Origin: a virus
Reading direction: 5' to 3' (one strand)
Length of the DNA stretch: 64,000 bases
IMG/VR virus record: IMGVR_UViG_3300027763_000039
Span: 44,317 to 108,316 of that record
How positions within the stretch are numbered: the stretch's first letter is position 1; each line of letters opens with the position of its first letter. The notes beneath the pieces are model-generated. The model made no database searches. It was not told the DNA's origin and saw nothing but the letters and a program-made list of their open reading frames with translations. The translations under genes were made by a program, and so were the position numbers. Of the stretch, positions 36,996-48,300 are shown piece by piece.

Positions 36996-37142
36996 TTACT
37001 GTTCTTGAGAAATAATAGAAGCTTGTAGTTTAGAGATATCTTTTTCTCTATCTTCCAATTTTTTTTGTAGATTTTCTATTATCTTTTGACTTTGTAATAA
37101 GTCTAAATATAACTTTCCTATTGTTGCAAATACTTCATCCAT
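36996..37142 (-). CDS. Small coiled-coil protein, 48 aa (below ORF-track cutoff)
   Basis: MDEVFATIGKLYLDLLQSQKIIENLQKKLEDREKDISKLQASIISQEQ*; GAGGA RBS; fills the gap, with its stop 2 nt before the next start. Confidence 0.75.
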   Translation of the reverse strand: MDEVFATIGKLYLDLLQSQKIIENLQKKLEDREKDISKLQASIISQEQ

Positions 37143-37187
37143 AATAGTCCTCGAACCATGTTCTTTTGATATAAATTAACTTAACAA

Positions 37188-38327
37188 TTAGTAATCAGTG
37201 CCTGGAACTGGTAGAGCAAGAGGAGTGGCTTCGATAACATCACTGAATCCAAAAGGAGGATAAATACTACCACTAGCAGTACCACCACTTATAGGTGCAC
37301 TGTAGGTAAAATCACTATATGTTGTATAACTATAAGTGATTGTAGCATTACCACCATCAGTACCACCGCCATTAAAGTTGACTGACTTGAGCTTGTTCTT
37401 ATTGCCAAGGTCAATACTCATTCCGTCGCAGAGAACAATCTTAATACTCTTATTGCTAAGAGCTTTAGGATTAGAGCAAGCAATATTAGTTGAACCACTA
37501 ACGCCAACCATGTCACCAGTATTAGCTGTAACTTCAATGTCTGTTGAAATTTCAACTGGGAACTTGATATAACGATAGTAAGGTGTTCTACTACCTAATT
37601 CACGAATTTGTTCACGACCAAGATTCATACTAACTTTAACACTGTTAATCTTAATGCCCGCTGGAATACCACCAGATTCTGAACCTTTGTCTAAGCTAAC
37701 TTGACCATTACCAGTACCAGTAATACCAGTTGGAAGAATAGTACTACTAGCATTCCATAATCCACGACGCATGATACCAAGACCTGAATTATTCGGAGAT
37801 GGAATATCCCAAGTTGGTGCTGATCCACCGCTAGTGGTGGGATAATTGGAAGAAACAGCCACATTTAACCATGTTTTATCATTACTTACCAATGTAACTT
37901 CTTCTGTAAAATTACCATCCGTTGGGAAATTATATGTAACAGCTGATAGGTAAGAAGGTACGCATTCTACTGCGGCGGTTGGAACACCTGTGGACTTGGT
38001 AACTGTATCAGGATAAAGTAGCATTTTAAGACCACAACGATTATTTGCCAAGTCAGCCAAACTGCCAGTACCCATACTCATTTCATAAATAGTTGGCATA
38101 CCATCTAATACTTTATTCAAAGTAATTTCAACTTCTGGAATTTCTTCATAATTGTCATATAAAGAAAGCTGACCAAGTTGATAAACTGGTTCTAGATTAA
38201 AGTTAGTTTGGATACCAACACTTTGCAAGCCTTGGATTGTATCATAATCAGGATTTTTAACTACCTTGGTGCCTGATGGACCAGCTAGCTGCACAGATTG
38301 ACAAGCATAATAAATACGATTGGCCAT
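37188..38327 (-). CDS. Putative major tail tube protein, 379 aa
   Basis: Between tail-completion genes and chaperones/TMP; GGAGA RBS; beta-rich with two similar halves (IQGLQSVGIQTNFNLEPVYQLG / INSVKVSMNLGREQIRELG). Confidence 0.75.
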   Translation of the reverse strand: MANRIYYACQSVQLAGPSGTKVVKNPDYDTIQGLQSVGIQTNFNLEPVYQLGQLSLYDNYEEIPEVEITLNKVLDGMPTIYEMSMGTGSLADLANNRCGLKMLLYPDTVTKSTGVPTAAVECVPSYLSAVTYNFPTDGNFTEEVTLVSNDKTWLNVAVSSNYPTTSGGSAPTWDIPSPNNSGLGIMRRGLWNASSTILPTGITGTGNGQVSLDKGSESGGIPAGIKINSVKVSMNLGREQIRELGSRTPYYRYIKFPVEISTDIEVTANTGDMVGVSGSTNIACSNPKALSNKSIKIVLCDGMSIDLGNKNKLKSVNFNGGGTDGGNATITYSYTTYSDFTYSAPISGGTASGSIYPPFGFSDVIEATPLALPVPGTDY

Positions 38328-38349
38328 GAGAGTGTCTCCGTTAATTTGG

Positions 38350-39312
38350 CTAAATGATAACTTCGGTCGTTAACCTTAATGTACACCAATATAAATTTTT
38401 ATTTCTGCTTTCCATATCTAAAATTGAGATGTCTTTTAAATAACATCTTTTCCATCTATATAATGGATTTAGCACTAAATCACAATAATTTTTACCAGTA
38501 TTGTTGATAGAGCCCTGATAATTTAAGGGGTTTATCCCACTATTTATCACTTTTTGGATATCATATAACCATAAAGTTTTTTGTTTTTGTAGTCGTATAA
38601 TATCGGCTATTCTGTTTTTATCAGAAGAATTTTCTGCAAACACATGTAATAATATGTCTTGATTAACAGCAAAATCATGAGCACCCATTTGCCAGGGTTG
38701 AGAATAACTACTAGCAATAGGCTCGATAACTATGCAAGGCATTTGAATTCTATGATTAGATGATATTGAGTAATCACCCTTATCTTTTTGATTAATGGCT
38801 GGTGATGGACTATATGTCATACCTTGTAATTCTACCCAATAAGGATCAGTACTACTTTTGTATACTTGACACCATCTATAAGAATATTCTAGTTTAACAA
38901 CTGATGCAGCAGCTAAGGGCTTATCGAATACTACTTGTCCAAGAGGATAATTTATATGATAACCAACAGACCCACTTCCTGTTGGAGATGGATAAAAATT
39001 AGTTCCAATACTAACTCCAGAAATGCGGGTGGGTTGGGTTCCATTAAAAGAAACTCCTGTCTCCCATACCCAATCTTTTTTGGGGGTCTGCCATATCTGA
39101 CCTTTATTAAAGCCGGGCTGTTCAGAAATTTTAAGTTCGTGAAATGATCCACCATACAATCCACTAGTGGGAATCTTTACATTAATAAAACCACCAATAT
39201 TAAGAAATCCCCAATCTAGGAATGTCTTTAAGTTTTCTTCTAATTCATTCAGTAAAGTATTACCTCCTAATGAAGTAATAGTATTGAATTTTGTATAGTC
39301 TTCACAACTCAT
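38350..39312 (-). CDS. Putative tail terminator/tail completion protein, 320 aa
   Basis: Upstream of the tube gene; RIQMPCIVIE...QDILLHVFAE...KNRIADII pattern typical of terminator-like folds; synteny. Confidence 0.55.
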   Translation of the reverse strand: MSCEDYTKFNTITSLGGNTLLNELEENLKTFLDWGFLNIGGFINVKIPTSGLYGGSFHELKISEQPGFNKGQIWQTPKKDWVWETGVSFNGTQPTRISGVSIGTNFYPSPTGSGSVGYHINYPLGQVVFDKPLAAASVVKLEYSYRWCQVYKSSTDPYWVELQGMTYSPSPAINQKDKGDYSISSNHRIQMPCIVIEPIASSYSQPWQMGAHDFAVNQDILLHVFAENSSDKNRIADIIRLQKQKTLWLYDIQKVINSGINPLNYQGSINNTGKNYCDLVLNPLYRWKRCYLKDISILDMESRNKNLYWCTLRLTTEVII

Positions 39313-39956
39313 ATGTTTTTCTCAATTTCTGTTTGTATCATGGTTGGAATTTTGTTATCATCTAATTTATCTAAGGCTCTGGTTACCCAGTTATTAGTCG
39401 ATGTTCCGGCAAATTCAGGAGGAACTCTCCAGTTTTCTTTTGCTGGTTTCATAATAGCTAAACCAGTTCTAGAATATGGGTTAGGACCAACCTGAACTGT
39501 ATAGTTTTTAACAATAATTTTGCTACCGTATAGTAATAACCACTCTAACCACGGTAATACAGCTTTGCTTAAACCATCAAATACTAGAGCACTATCACTA
39601 GTTAAAACATCTTCATAATTAGACTTAATCATACTAATACTAAATCCACCCTTTAAGCCAGAACCATTCAGCGTAATTGGATTAACATCAATTATAACAT
39701 TATTGGTCCATATATTGACTATTTCGTTGACTTTTTGAGCAGCTTCCGGTATACCGAATTCGTAGCGTAGTCTGCCTGATACTAAAGATTGATATTCTGG
39801 TTCAGATACTATAGCCTTATAAATTTCGGCTGGTATAGTTTTGGCTAGAACACCACGAGCTTTATAAAAAGCGGTCTGTAAATGGTCTTTGATGCTATCT
39901 AGAACCATCTGTTTAATTGCAGCATCAGATTCTAATAGTTTTAATGAGAATTGCAT
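39309..39956 (-). CDS. Putative neck/tail completion protein (start revised to MQFSLKLLES)
   Basis: ATG at 39956 directly follows the upstream stop (39958); C-terminal GTSTNNWVTRAL resembles HK97-gp10-like neck proteins. Confidence 0.5.
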   Translation of the reverse strand: MQFSLKLLESDAAIKQMVLDSIKDHLQTAFYKARGVLAKTIPAEIYKAIVSEPEYQSLVSGRLRYEFGIPEAAQKVNEIVNIWTNNVIIDVNPITLNGSGLKGGFSISMIKSNYEDVLTSDSALVFDGLSKAVLPWLEWLLLYGSKIIVKNYTVQVGPNPYSRTGLAIMKPAKENWRVPPEFAGTSTNNWVTRALDKLDDNKIPTMIQTEIEKNI

Positions 39957-39957
39957 T

Positions 39958-40491
39958 TTAGGCCCTCGACCACATTGTAACAATATATCTATTATCTCCA
40001 AAACCACATGGCTGTGGATCTCCAGCAGTCACATATGTATAGCCCCCATAATTAGCTATATTTTTATCTATAGTGATATATTGAGCATTTTTAATTTTAG
40101 GAAGAAGGGAAATTGAGCATATGGTTTGAACCATGCCGTCCACTATGTTAACAGCATCTGCTTTAGTTGACCAATTAAACCAATATTTACTATCAAATAG
40201 CACTGCTAAATATATAGTTTCTTCATTAGCTTGATCAATTAGTCCATATCCATTACAAACTGGACAAATAGTATCCGTAGTAAAAGAAATGGGACCGGTG
40301 CCATTATATCTATTGGCTGATCTTATAGAAATTGGATCAAATATACAGTTATGACATGGCTTATTATTGGAAGAACCGTAGGATATAACACAGGGAACAG
40401 CAAGTCCCGTATTAGACAATAGTGAGTCTATGGCTTGATTGTATAAGTTTTTATAACCAGCAGATATTAAACCTTCAAAAGGATTAGCCAT
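39958..40491 (-). CDS. Putative head-closure/head-tail joining protein with CxxC...CPxC motif (start revised to MANPFEG)
   Basis: AAGGA RBS before ATG 40491; CHNC and CPVCNGYG motifs; first gene of the neck cluster. Confidence 0.55.
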   Translation of the reverse strand: MANPFEGLISAGYKNLYNQAIDSLLSNTGLAVPCVISYGSSNNKPCHNCIFDPISIRSANRYNGTGPISFTTDTICPVCNGYGLIDQANEETIYLAVLFDSKYWFNWSTKADAVNIVDGMVQTICSISLLPKIKNAQYITIDKNIANYGGYTYVTAGDPQPCGFGDNRYIVTMWSRA

Positions 40492-40520
40492 ATTAATTAT
40501 CCTTAGAGTAAAAATACTAA

Positions 40521-40533
40521 TATAAAATACACA
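40521..40533 (-). promoter_or_regulatory. Putative phage promoter variant TGTGTATTTTATA
   Basis: In the gap upstream of the neck/tail gene cluster (ATG 40491). Confidence 0.5.
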
Positions 40534-40535
40534 TT

Positions 40536-41480
40536 TTACCAACTACTATGAGGAGAACGTCTCCAAGTATTACTGCCCACACAAATATATAAATAGGATG
40601 AATCCCATACTATATCACCAGGATTTCCAGAAGAGGAGGATGAGGCTATCATTCTGTAGGGTATATTAGTAACTGATCTAGAAAAATCTACAATATCAGA
40701 TAAATAATGTTTATGTCCGCTAATAGAATAATTACCAACAGGTTGCGGAATATAGTTTAATGCTCCACTAATATCTGTAAAAGATAAAGTAACAGTACCT
40801 GACCTAGCATTAAATGATGTTACTCCACTATTTCCTAATGAATCAATAGTGATAGTATTAGAAGAATTATTATAGTATACATTAGTATATCCACTACCAA
40901 CAATATTCAGTCTTTCATTGTTAGAATAATAAATAACTGGCGCAGTTCCGTCTCCTATGGTTAAATTATGAATATGATTACTATAAGAATATGAACCAGT
41001 AGGTTGTTTAGCATCCAACAAACCTTGAAGGCCATCTACTTGATCAACTATATGATGATGACCATATAAGCTATAATCTCCAGAAACCTGTGGTACATAA
41101 CCGAGCCTGCTAATGATATTTGGAGCAGTTAAGAAACCGGAACCAGATTTGGTATCTATCACTACGCTACGAGCAGCATTGTTATATGATATAGTTGTAT
41201 CACCTGAACCTACAACATTGAGATATTGTCCACTGGATAAATTAATAGCTACTCGTGGGTCTGCTCCATCTGCTATGGATAGATAAATTTCTGGAAAATT
41301 GATAGTTACAGGAGGAATGTCTACATATGATAGACCAGACCAAGCAGTAACTCCGTCTCCAACTTTTAAGTATCTGGATTCGGTCTCATATCCTGGTTCT
41401 CCTAAAGCTAAGATGGGATTAACAGAAATCCATTCTCCACTAGGGGCTCTTCGTAGTCTAATTCTTCGATAATCACTCAT
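40536..41480 (-). CDS. Fibre protein with Mtd-N/hyaluronidase-like N-terminal domain, 314 aa
   Basis: RIRLRRAPSGEWISVNPILALGEPGYETESRYLKVGDGVTAWSGL is the typical major tropism determinant N-terminal signature; HxH repeats; C-terminal GDIVWDSSYLYICVGSNTWRR. Confidence 0.8.
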   Translation of the reverse strand: MSDYRRIRLRRAPSGEWISVNPILALGEPGYETESRYLKVGDGVTAWSGLSYVDIPPVTINFPEIYLSIADGADPRVAINLSSGQYLNVVGSGDTTISYNNAARSVVIDTKSGSGFLTAPNIISRLGYVPQVSGDYSLYGHHHIVDQVDGLQGLLDAKQPTGSYSYSNHIHNLTIGDGTAPVIYYSNNERLNIVGSGYTNVYYNNSSNTITIDSLGNSGVTSFNARSGTVTLSFTDISGALNYIPQPVGNYSISGHKHYLSDIVDFSRSVTNIPYRMIASSSSSGNPGDIVWDSSYLYICVGSNTWRRSPHSSW

Positions 41481-43942
41481 AATTTTTTAACTCCGAAAAT
41501 TAAACCAGTAACTTGTGGTACGAGCCAGTTTTCTTGTGTAATTGGATTTTGATTAACATAATATTGATATGTTTTATAGCTTGTTTTATTAACGGTTTGT
41601 ATGGGTCCAACCTCTACATAATCATCTATTTTAGTTTTGAATGGTGTGATCGATGGAGTAAAATTAGTAGGATAACGATTCACTCCAGAAGTTATTCTAT
41701 ATTCATCAATATATCCTCCTTTACCAATACTTAAATTTACATTAGTGATTTGAGCATTAGTATTAGTATCTAAAATTGTAAAAATAGACCTAATAGTAGA
41801 ACCATCAAAGGATGCTGTGTAGGGTGTGCTGAACGAACCTTGTGTTTCAGCTGGGTAAACAAAAGAAGTAACACTGCCACTATTGGATAGATAATAAGAA
41901 CTACCTGCTTGACCATTAAGATAGCAAATAATATTATTAGTACTATTTCTTGTGATAGCAACGTGGTGCCAAACTCCTGTGCTCGCTATAGTAGGAAAAA
42001 ATAATTGCCTTTGTACACTTGCTGATTGGAATAATCCGTCTCCATCATCGCTGGTTTTAAAATTAGATACATATTGTATGCCGCTAGTATTAGCAGCAAA
42101 TGAATAGGTCTGAAAACTCCAATATTGAATATTAGGATTTGGAGTTTTATCAAACAATGATATAGATGTAGTATTATTGGGAAAGTAAACCCAAGATTCT
42201 ATAGTAAAAATAGATCCTGATGGGTCAGGATAATTCAAGTGTAGATAAGAATTTTGATTGGGGAAACTAATACTACGACTACCGACTTTACTGGGAGAAG
42301 TGGTTGTTGTCACCGACCCAGTATAGCTAATATTATTACTAAATGTGGATGAGTCTGCAATAGGAGTAGACTCTCCATGCAAGAGCAATGTTACGTTAGG
42401 CTCATAAGTATCAGTCTGTCCAGAATACATAACATTGATAAATTTAGTATCTAAATATTTTTTCCTAGCGCTATTATATACTTTCATTCCTCCGATAGCA
42501 TCATTAAAACTACCTCTCCAAACAGAATCAGTATCAAAAGCATCCCAATAAATATTTGATTTATAGTTAGGTCCACTCATTTTTATAGCATCTATATTAC
42601 CGCTAATAATAGCTGTCACATTATTACCATCAGCATCTGGAACTAAAAAAGCTCTTCTATGACTACTGTAGTCATAATATGTAGAATTAGATGGAGAACC
42701 ATCATCGTTAAATGTTTTTGTAATAGAACGAACAGTAGGGTCTTTATACCATTTTAATAATCCATCAGATGCTCCATAATTATCTACCAAACTACCACTA
42801 ACTCCAGGATAGATAGACATAACTTTAGCAGAGCTTCCTATCCAATAGGATGGGGGTGGGTCGGCATTATCCACTAAAACCAAGTCGTCTAGTAACCAAA
42901 CTCTTCCTCTCATATAATACCAGGAATCTTTCCATAAATCCTCTCCTTGTATAGAAGAAGTTATTCCATTCATAACGGAATTTGAATAAGTACGATTATA
43001 AAATCGTAAATTATTAAAATTAAAACCGCTTATTGGTAAACTCAGATCCCATGACTCTTTTAGAATATTAGGATTTGAATTGACTACCGGGATATTAATA
43101 TCTTCTACATTTAGATATAATAGAGGAGGATTAACAGATTGATCTATAGAGAATTCTAAATGACACCACCTACTAATCATAGCGCTAAATCCATCTCCTT
43201 TATTAGTGTCCGCAATTGTTAATATTTTATTAGTAGTAGAATCAAATACAGAAGATATTTGATAACGATTGATCATTCCATAAATATTTAAATCAAAATA
43301 ACCTACTGTTTGATCATTTTGTTGTATTTCTAAAGCTAGTGTCTCTTTCTTATTATTCAGTGTGCTGAGATTATTCCCAGTAATTTTTACAACATTAACT
43401 GTTAAACAAGGAAGACTTCCACTATTAAAACTAAATAATGTATGTCTATGCGGATAAGTAGAATAATCGCTATGCTTAGATTCTAAACCAAGACATCTCA
43501 TAGATAAGTATGAGATATTACCTGACGGAGAAGGGAATCCACTGGCCTGTAAATATGTTGGGGTTTCTAAATTATTAGTATCTTCTATTTGTATATTAGT
43601 AAATGCTAAAAATCCTGGGGGACTTCCAAAGCCAGGATATGAATTTTTAGTATAGTCTATGTTACCATATGTACCATATAGAGCGGCCCTATTATCTGTG
43701 TATCTTCCACTGGGAACTAATCCATTAATAGAGGTTGGAGTAGAGTATCTATAGAGAAAACCTAATTTCTGTGGGTCAAGAGACCCTAAATAGGTAGCAG
43801 AAAGATTATCTTCTATGACATACGGAGAATATCCACCGAAAGCGTATTTAGGAAAACTTTTAAATTGAGTAGACCAATACTTTGAATCTAGCTCATTTAA
43901 GAGTACTCCTTTATCAAAGCCTTCGAAAAATAAAGTAGACAT
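41477..43942 (-). CDS. Virion protein with LamG/concanavalin-A-like lectin domain(s), 821 aa
   Basis: VTLLLHGE...FTIESWVY...WHHVAITR...YLNG...GYIDEYRITSGVNRYPTNFTP signature. Confidence 0.8.
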   Translation of the reverse strand: MSTLFFEGFDKGVLLNELDSKYWSTQFKSFPKYAFGGYSPYVIEDNLSATYLGSLDPQKLGFLYRYSTPTSINGLVPSGRYTDNRAALYGTYGNIDYTKNSYPGFGSPPGFLAFTNIQIEDTNNLETPTYLQASGFPSPSGNISYLSMRCLGLESKHSDYSTYPHRHTLFSFNSGSLPCLTVNVVKITGNNLSTLNNKKETLALEIQQNDQTVGYFDLNIYGMINRYQISSVFDSTTNKILTIADTNKGDGFSAMISRWCHLEFSIDQSVNPPLLYLNVEDINIPVVNSNPNILKESWDLSLPISGFNFNNLRFYNRTYSNSVMNGITSSIQGEDLWKDSWYYMRGRVWLLDDLVLVDNADPPPSYWIGSSAKVMSIYPGVSGSLVDNYGASDGLLKWYKDPTVRSITKTFNDDGSPSNSTYYDYSSHRRAFLVPDADGNNVTAIISGNIDAIKMSGPNYKSNIYWDAFDTDSVWRGSFNDAIGGMKVYNSARKKYLDTKFINVMYSGQTDTYEPNVTLLLHGESTPIADSSTFSNNISYTGSVTTTTSPSKVGSRSISFPNQNSYLHLNYPDPSGSIFTIESWVYFPNNTTSISLFDKTPNPNIQYWSFQTYSFAANTSGIQYVSNFKTSDDGDGLFQSASVQRQLFFPTIASTGVWHHVAITRNSTNNIICYLNGQAGSSYYLSNSGSVTSFVYPAETQGSFSTPYTASFDGSTIRSIFTILDTNTNAQITNVNLSIGKGGYIDEYRITSGVNRYPTNFTPSITPFKTKIDDYVEVGPIQTVNKTSYKTYQYYVNQNPITQENWLVPQVTGLIFGVKKL

Positions 43943-44010
43943 AGCATCTCCTAGACCAGAATTATATTATTAAATGTTGTCATTATAGTGGCTAATATAG
44001 TCCTGTAAGT

Positions 44011-44019
44011 TAATACACC
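44011..44019 (-). promoter_or_regulatory. Putative phage promoter GGTGTATTA
   Basis: In the 80-nt gap upstream of the LamG gene (ATG 43942). Confidence 0.6.
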
Positions 44020-44022
44020 GGT

Positions 44023-44214
44023 TTAAACGATTGAAATCTGTAAGTCGCATGGTAAATCATATAATAAAACTTCGACAGAAACATAAGAAATTAAAACTGT
44101 CTCATTAGGAGCATTGTAGGTTAATAGATCATTAGACATATAAGAACAGTATATCCTATAAATTTCTCTGTCTTGATATGATAAAGGATATCCAAAAAAT
44201 GGAGGTAGTATCAT
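44023..44214 (-). CDS. Small hypothetical protein, 63 aa
   Basis: AGGAGA RBS; fills the operon gap. Confidence 0.6.
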   Translation of the reverse strand: MILPPFFGYPLSYQDREIYRIYCSYMSNDLLTYNAPNETVLISYVSVEVLLYDLPCDLQISIV

Positions 44215-44226
44215 GAATTTCTCCTA

Positions 44227-45381
44227 TTATTCTGGACCGCCATTTGCGTCGGTGGTGTCTCCAGATAGTATAATAGTATTATCTCCAGCCTTTACTAATG
44301 TTGCAACAGAGAATTGTCCTACTAGTTTAGAATGACCCAACCTATTTGACAATCCATTACCAGATAATCTTACTTGACCAGAACCCAGCTGAGAAATCAA
44401 ACAATTAAATCCTAATGATAAACTATCACTAAATTGCACATTTATGGCACGAATATTGTTTGTGAAAGTTAAAACTTTACCGTTATCAGACTGTACTATA
44501 GTATAACCAGAAGTTGAAATATTCTGCAAAGATGCCGAGAACCTATTTAATTCTCCATCTCCTAAAGATTGAGTTCCTGTGAAACTATTGCCACCATTTA
44601 GTTTAGCAAAAAGACCTGATGATAGAGTTGATATGTCTCCCAAACCAAGAGTATTTCGTTGAGCAGCTGCTGAGGCATCATTAATTAAAACTTTACCAGC
44701 ATCGGTAATAGATATGGTTCCGTATTTATCTACTCCTGTGCCACAGATCAATTTATTTTGAATGATGGGAAGATTACTGAGTTCAGCTAGCCTGTTATTG
44801 TATGCTTGTACGTTTGTTCCAATTGTTAGTCCACTAACAGATATAGTTAGAACATTGAGATCTTGATCAGCATAGCTTAATTGGATATAGTTTCCGGGCT
44901 GTAGTAGATTAGCTACTCTATCATCCACTGATTCATTAAAATTATCAATGTCGCTGGGATTGTGATGATGTCCAAGCGGAGAATATTGTGAGCTAAGACT
45001 GTCTGATGAAATATTAATGGTTTTAGTATTGGGGACAAATGAAACAACAGTTCCTCCAGACCCAACAATATTTAAAGTCTCATTTTCTCGAATAGTAATA
45101 TTACCGACATTTAATTTGGTTAGTCCGGTACCCGGAGGCCCCTCCAAACCTGATGGTCCGATTGGACCGATTGGCCCCGATGGACCAACTTCACCCTGCA
45201 AACCGCTAGGCCCCGTTAATCCAGTTAAACCTCTTTCAACATAAACAACACTAACAGTATTATCAAAACCATCTATAATATTCAAATTTGTGGTAATAAC
45301 ACCAGGACTATCAGCTTGGTCAGTAGACTGATTAATTATCAAAACTTTTTGAGATGGTGGTGTGATGTTAACAGTAGCCAT
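44227..45381 (-). CDS. Collagen-repeat fibre protein, 384 aa
   Basis: About 12 G-x-y triplets (~45123-45231); HHH repeat; ASAAAQRNTLGLG fibre motif; C-terminal fibre domain (YTIVQSDNGKVL...QLGSGQV). Confidence 0.8.
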   Translation of the reverse strand: MATVNITPPSQKVLIINQSTDQADSPGVITTNLNIIDGFDNTVSVVYVERGLTGLTGPSGLQGEVGPSGPIGPIGPSGLEGPPGTGLTKLNVGNITIRENETLNIVGSGGTVVSFVPNTKTINISSDSLSSQYSPLGHHHNPSDIDNFNESVDDRVANLLQPGNYIQLSYADQDLNVLTISVSGLTIGTNVQAYNNRLAELSNLPIIQNKLICGTGVDKYGTISITDAGKVLINDASAAAQRNTLGLGDISTLSSGLFAKLNGGNSFTGTQSLGDGELNRFSASLQNISTSGYTIVQSDNGKVLTFTNNIRAINVQFSDSLSLGFNCLISQLGSGQVRLSGNGLSNRLGHSKLVGQFSVATLVKAGDNTIILSGDTTDANGGPE

Positions 45382-45396
45382 AATTAAATACTATCC

Positions 45397-48300
45397 TTAT
45401 GGTGAAGTTAAAGTTACTGTTTTTGTGTCAAAGCCAGTGTCATCATATACTTTAAGACTAAAACTATTAGAATTTGTCCAGTTATACCCTATAGAATTAA
45501 TTCCAGATAAAGTAATAGACAATCTATCTGTAACACTATTATAATTATCGTTCATATTTTGAACATTTAATTTTCTAGTAAAGTTACAGATATTGTCATT
45601 AATTAAAATTTCTGGAGTGTAATTATAGACAGGTCGTAAGCCTCCCTCAATTTCGAAACTAAGGCTCCAAGAACCATTATTCCTACTAATACTAGTATTC
45701 GGTAATATGATTTGGATAGGCTTATTAATAAATAATGGATATTCTACTACGTATTTTTTAGGAGTTAGACTAGTGCCAGAAAACGCTGGTAGTCCAGTAT
45801 TCTCAAAAGATACCATCTTATAAATATAGTCTTTGTATAAGCCAACCGGAGTGCCACTCAAACCAAATCTCCATTCTCCTTCTTTGGCATAAGTGATATC
45901 GTTTATCTTAATTTGATCATAATAATTTTGTCTGAGGTCATAGAAACCAGAAACAGACAATCCGCTCATAAACGGATAATTACTAGGACCACTAAAAGAA
46001 CCAATGATGGTTGTGCTATCTCCAGAAATAATAGACAGTTTATAATTGTATGGTAAAATATTATTATTTTCTGTAGAAATTCTTCCACTATCTAGGATAT
46101 CAATATAGTCTCCAGAACTATAAGAGAGATTATTATGGTTAATAGTTACTGTGCCATTATCTATTGATTGTATAAAACATTTATCAGACACTATAACTAA
46201 TCCAGTAGCAGATAATCCTTGTCTCTCAAAGGGAAGACTAATTGTATTATCATATGTGTTACTCAAAGCTATTCCTGTGGAAAAAGATAGATCTCCACTA
46301 AAAGTAAGTAAAACATAATCACGAGAATTAAAACCCGCTGGAAGTGATATGTTAATTTTTTGTCCATTAACGCCACCTAGAAAACCAGAATGTTGATATG
46401 TTCCAATTAATACTTTATCATTAAGTTTTTTCTGTAGTATTCCAGTAAATAATGGAGCATAATTATATGATCTCCAAACAGTATTATCTGACAGCTGGTA
46501 AAATGGAACCTTTTGACTTCCTCCACTATAAGGAATATATCCTCCGATAGCCCTGACTGAGTATCCTGATATTGGAACTCCACTCAAGCAACTAATACTA
46601 TTTTTGATGCCAGTCATGATAATAGGGGGAAAGCTAGTTTGTACCGGATTGTCATCTCTGTTTCCTCCCTTATGAATCCAAAAATATTCATTTTCTGTAT
46701 ATGATACAGCATTATATTTATAAGTAGGAAATACATCAGGAGTATTATTTAAGAAGACAGAAAATACGGTTCCAGAATTAAGAACATTATTGAATTGAAT
46801 TGGACTACCATTGCTTGTACCAGCAGATACGCTAGATATAGCTCCAGCATCTATAGTGATACCAGAAACAGCATTTTTGATTACATAATTAATAGATATT
46901 ACTCTATAGTTATCTGCTTGATCCCTTTCATATGCAGAATTACCATATGAACAACGACCTAATATGGAATATGGTTGATTGTTATATGCGAATGGAGCAA
47001 TATCATATGACGGTGGAGGGGCGGGAAGCTCTACTGATGGTCTTGGAATTTGCATACCGCTTAATCTGATATATCCTGTTTCCCAACAATTAGATGTTTT
47101 GACTGTGAAAACAGAAGGATCAGAAATATAATTATCAATAGGCTTTATTATTAGACCAGTAAAAAATACATCATTCTTATTAAAGCTTCCTGATACTGGT
47201 ATATCAGCGACAAATGAAGGTTTAATTCTACCAAATAAACCATAAGATGTGACAGTACCTCCCCCAAGACTTATTGGTTTAAAGCTACCACAGCCCATGA
47301 TTCCATTAGCAGTGTTGGAGTCTACAGTACCATTAAATGGTTGTAAATTAGACGTTCCATATGAAACCTGGCTAGACTTAACCAACCTTCCTACTCCTGT
47401 TGTTAGAACATTGCCGAGAATAGTTATATAGCCAGAACCACCGATACTTTGTACTTTATATCCTTTATTAAGAGAGTTCGAAGGATTATTATCAAATTCA
47501 AAATAAGTATCAGAATTATTAATATTAATTCTGGTATTAGTAATATATACTCTAGAATTGCTTCCACCACTATAGCTGAAGGTAGAAGTCTGGCAATTAG
47601 AATGAGGAAGGATACTGGTGCAGGTTAGGGATACTGGGTCGGACGGTGGCCAATATGTATTTATTGTTCCTCCGTCTATAGATTTAGTTCCTGATGGCTG
47701 TTGTACTCCTCCAACGCTTGATGCTCTTGGGGTATATGTTGGTTTTTCATTCTCAAAATAAAGAATAATATTTAAAGGAGATACTGGATTAGCTGTAGAA
47801 ATATCTGTGAATGTTAATTGTTTACTATCTGATTTATTTCTAGCGTCATAAACAGTTAATTTAAATTTTTCATCATACAAACCACCACTAGCAAAGGTTT
47901 GTGGAACACCGTAGATTCTCAATGTCCCACTAGATAAATTGTCCCATGGAGCGGAAGGGGATCCTCCTGGGAAACTAATGCTATAGCTTAAGCCAGATGG
48001 TAATGATCCGCTAACCACCCACCCAGTAATGCCTGTGGGTATGGGGCAGGCTGATCTGTTTTTAACACCAAATTTATAGTATCTATCAATTGCTACATCT
48101 CCACACTTTGGATATAGTTGAATAGGATTTTGAGCCTGTTGTAATGGAGCTTCTATAATTTCTGGTGCTGGATGAGCTGCTCCAACAGAATCAAGAGTGC
48201 TATACAAAATAGAAGCATATGCTACATCAGAATCTAAGTAAATATTTTGTGTAGTATCAGTATCTATTGCTGTAATACTGAAAGATTTGAGACCACTTAT

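Noticed and set aside
34760-37142. Programmed -1 frameshift (lambda G/GT type) in the chaperone genes
   Set aside because: Each ORF has its own start; no convincing slippery site with a suitable overlap was identified by eye.
37188-40491. Contractile tail sheath or eCIS/T6SS-like locus
   Set aside because: No sheath-like gene lies next to the tube gene; neck genes and a TP901-type TMP favour a phage with a probably non-contractile tail.
40536-41480. Diversity-generating retroelement target suggested by the Mtd-N domain
   Set aside because: Only the N-terminal anchor domain is present; no C-type-lectin variable region, template repeat or reverse transcriptase is seen in the window.
45123-45231. 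Local GC-rich patch suggesting foreign DNA (also ~24150-24270 and ~57260-57315)
   Set aside because: Explained by Gly/Pro codons of collagen-like or Pro-rich tracts.
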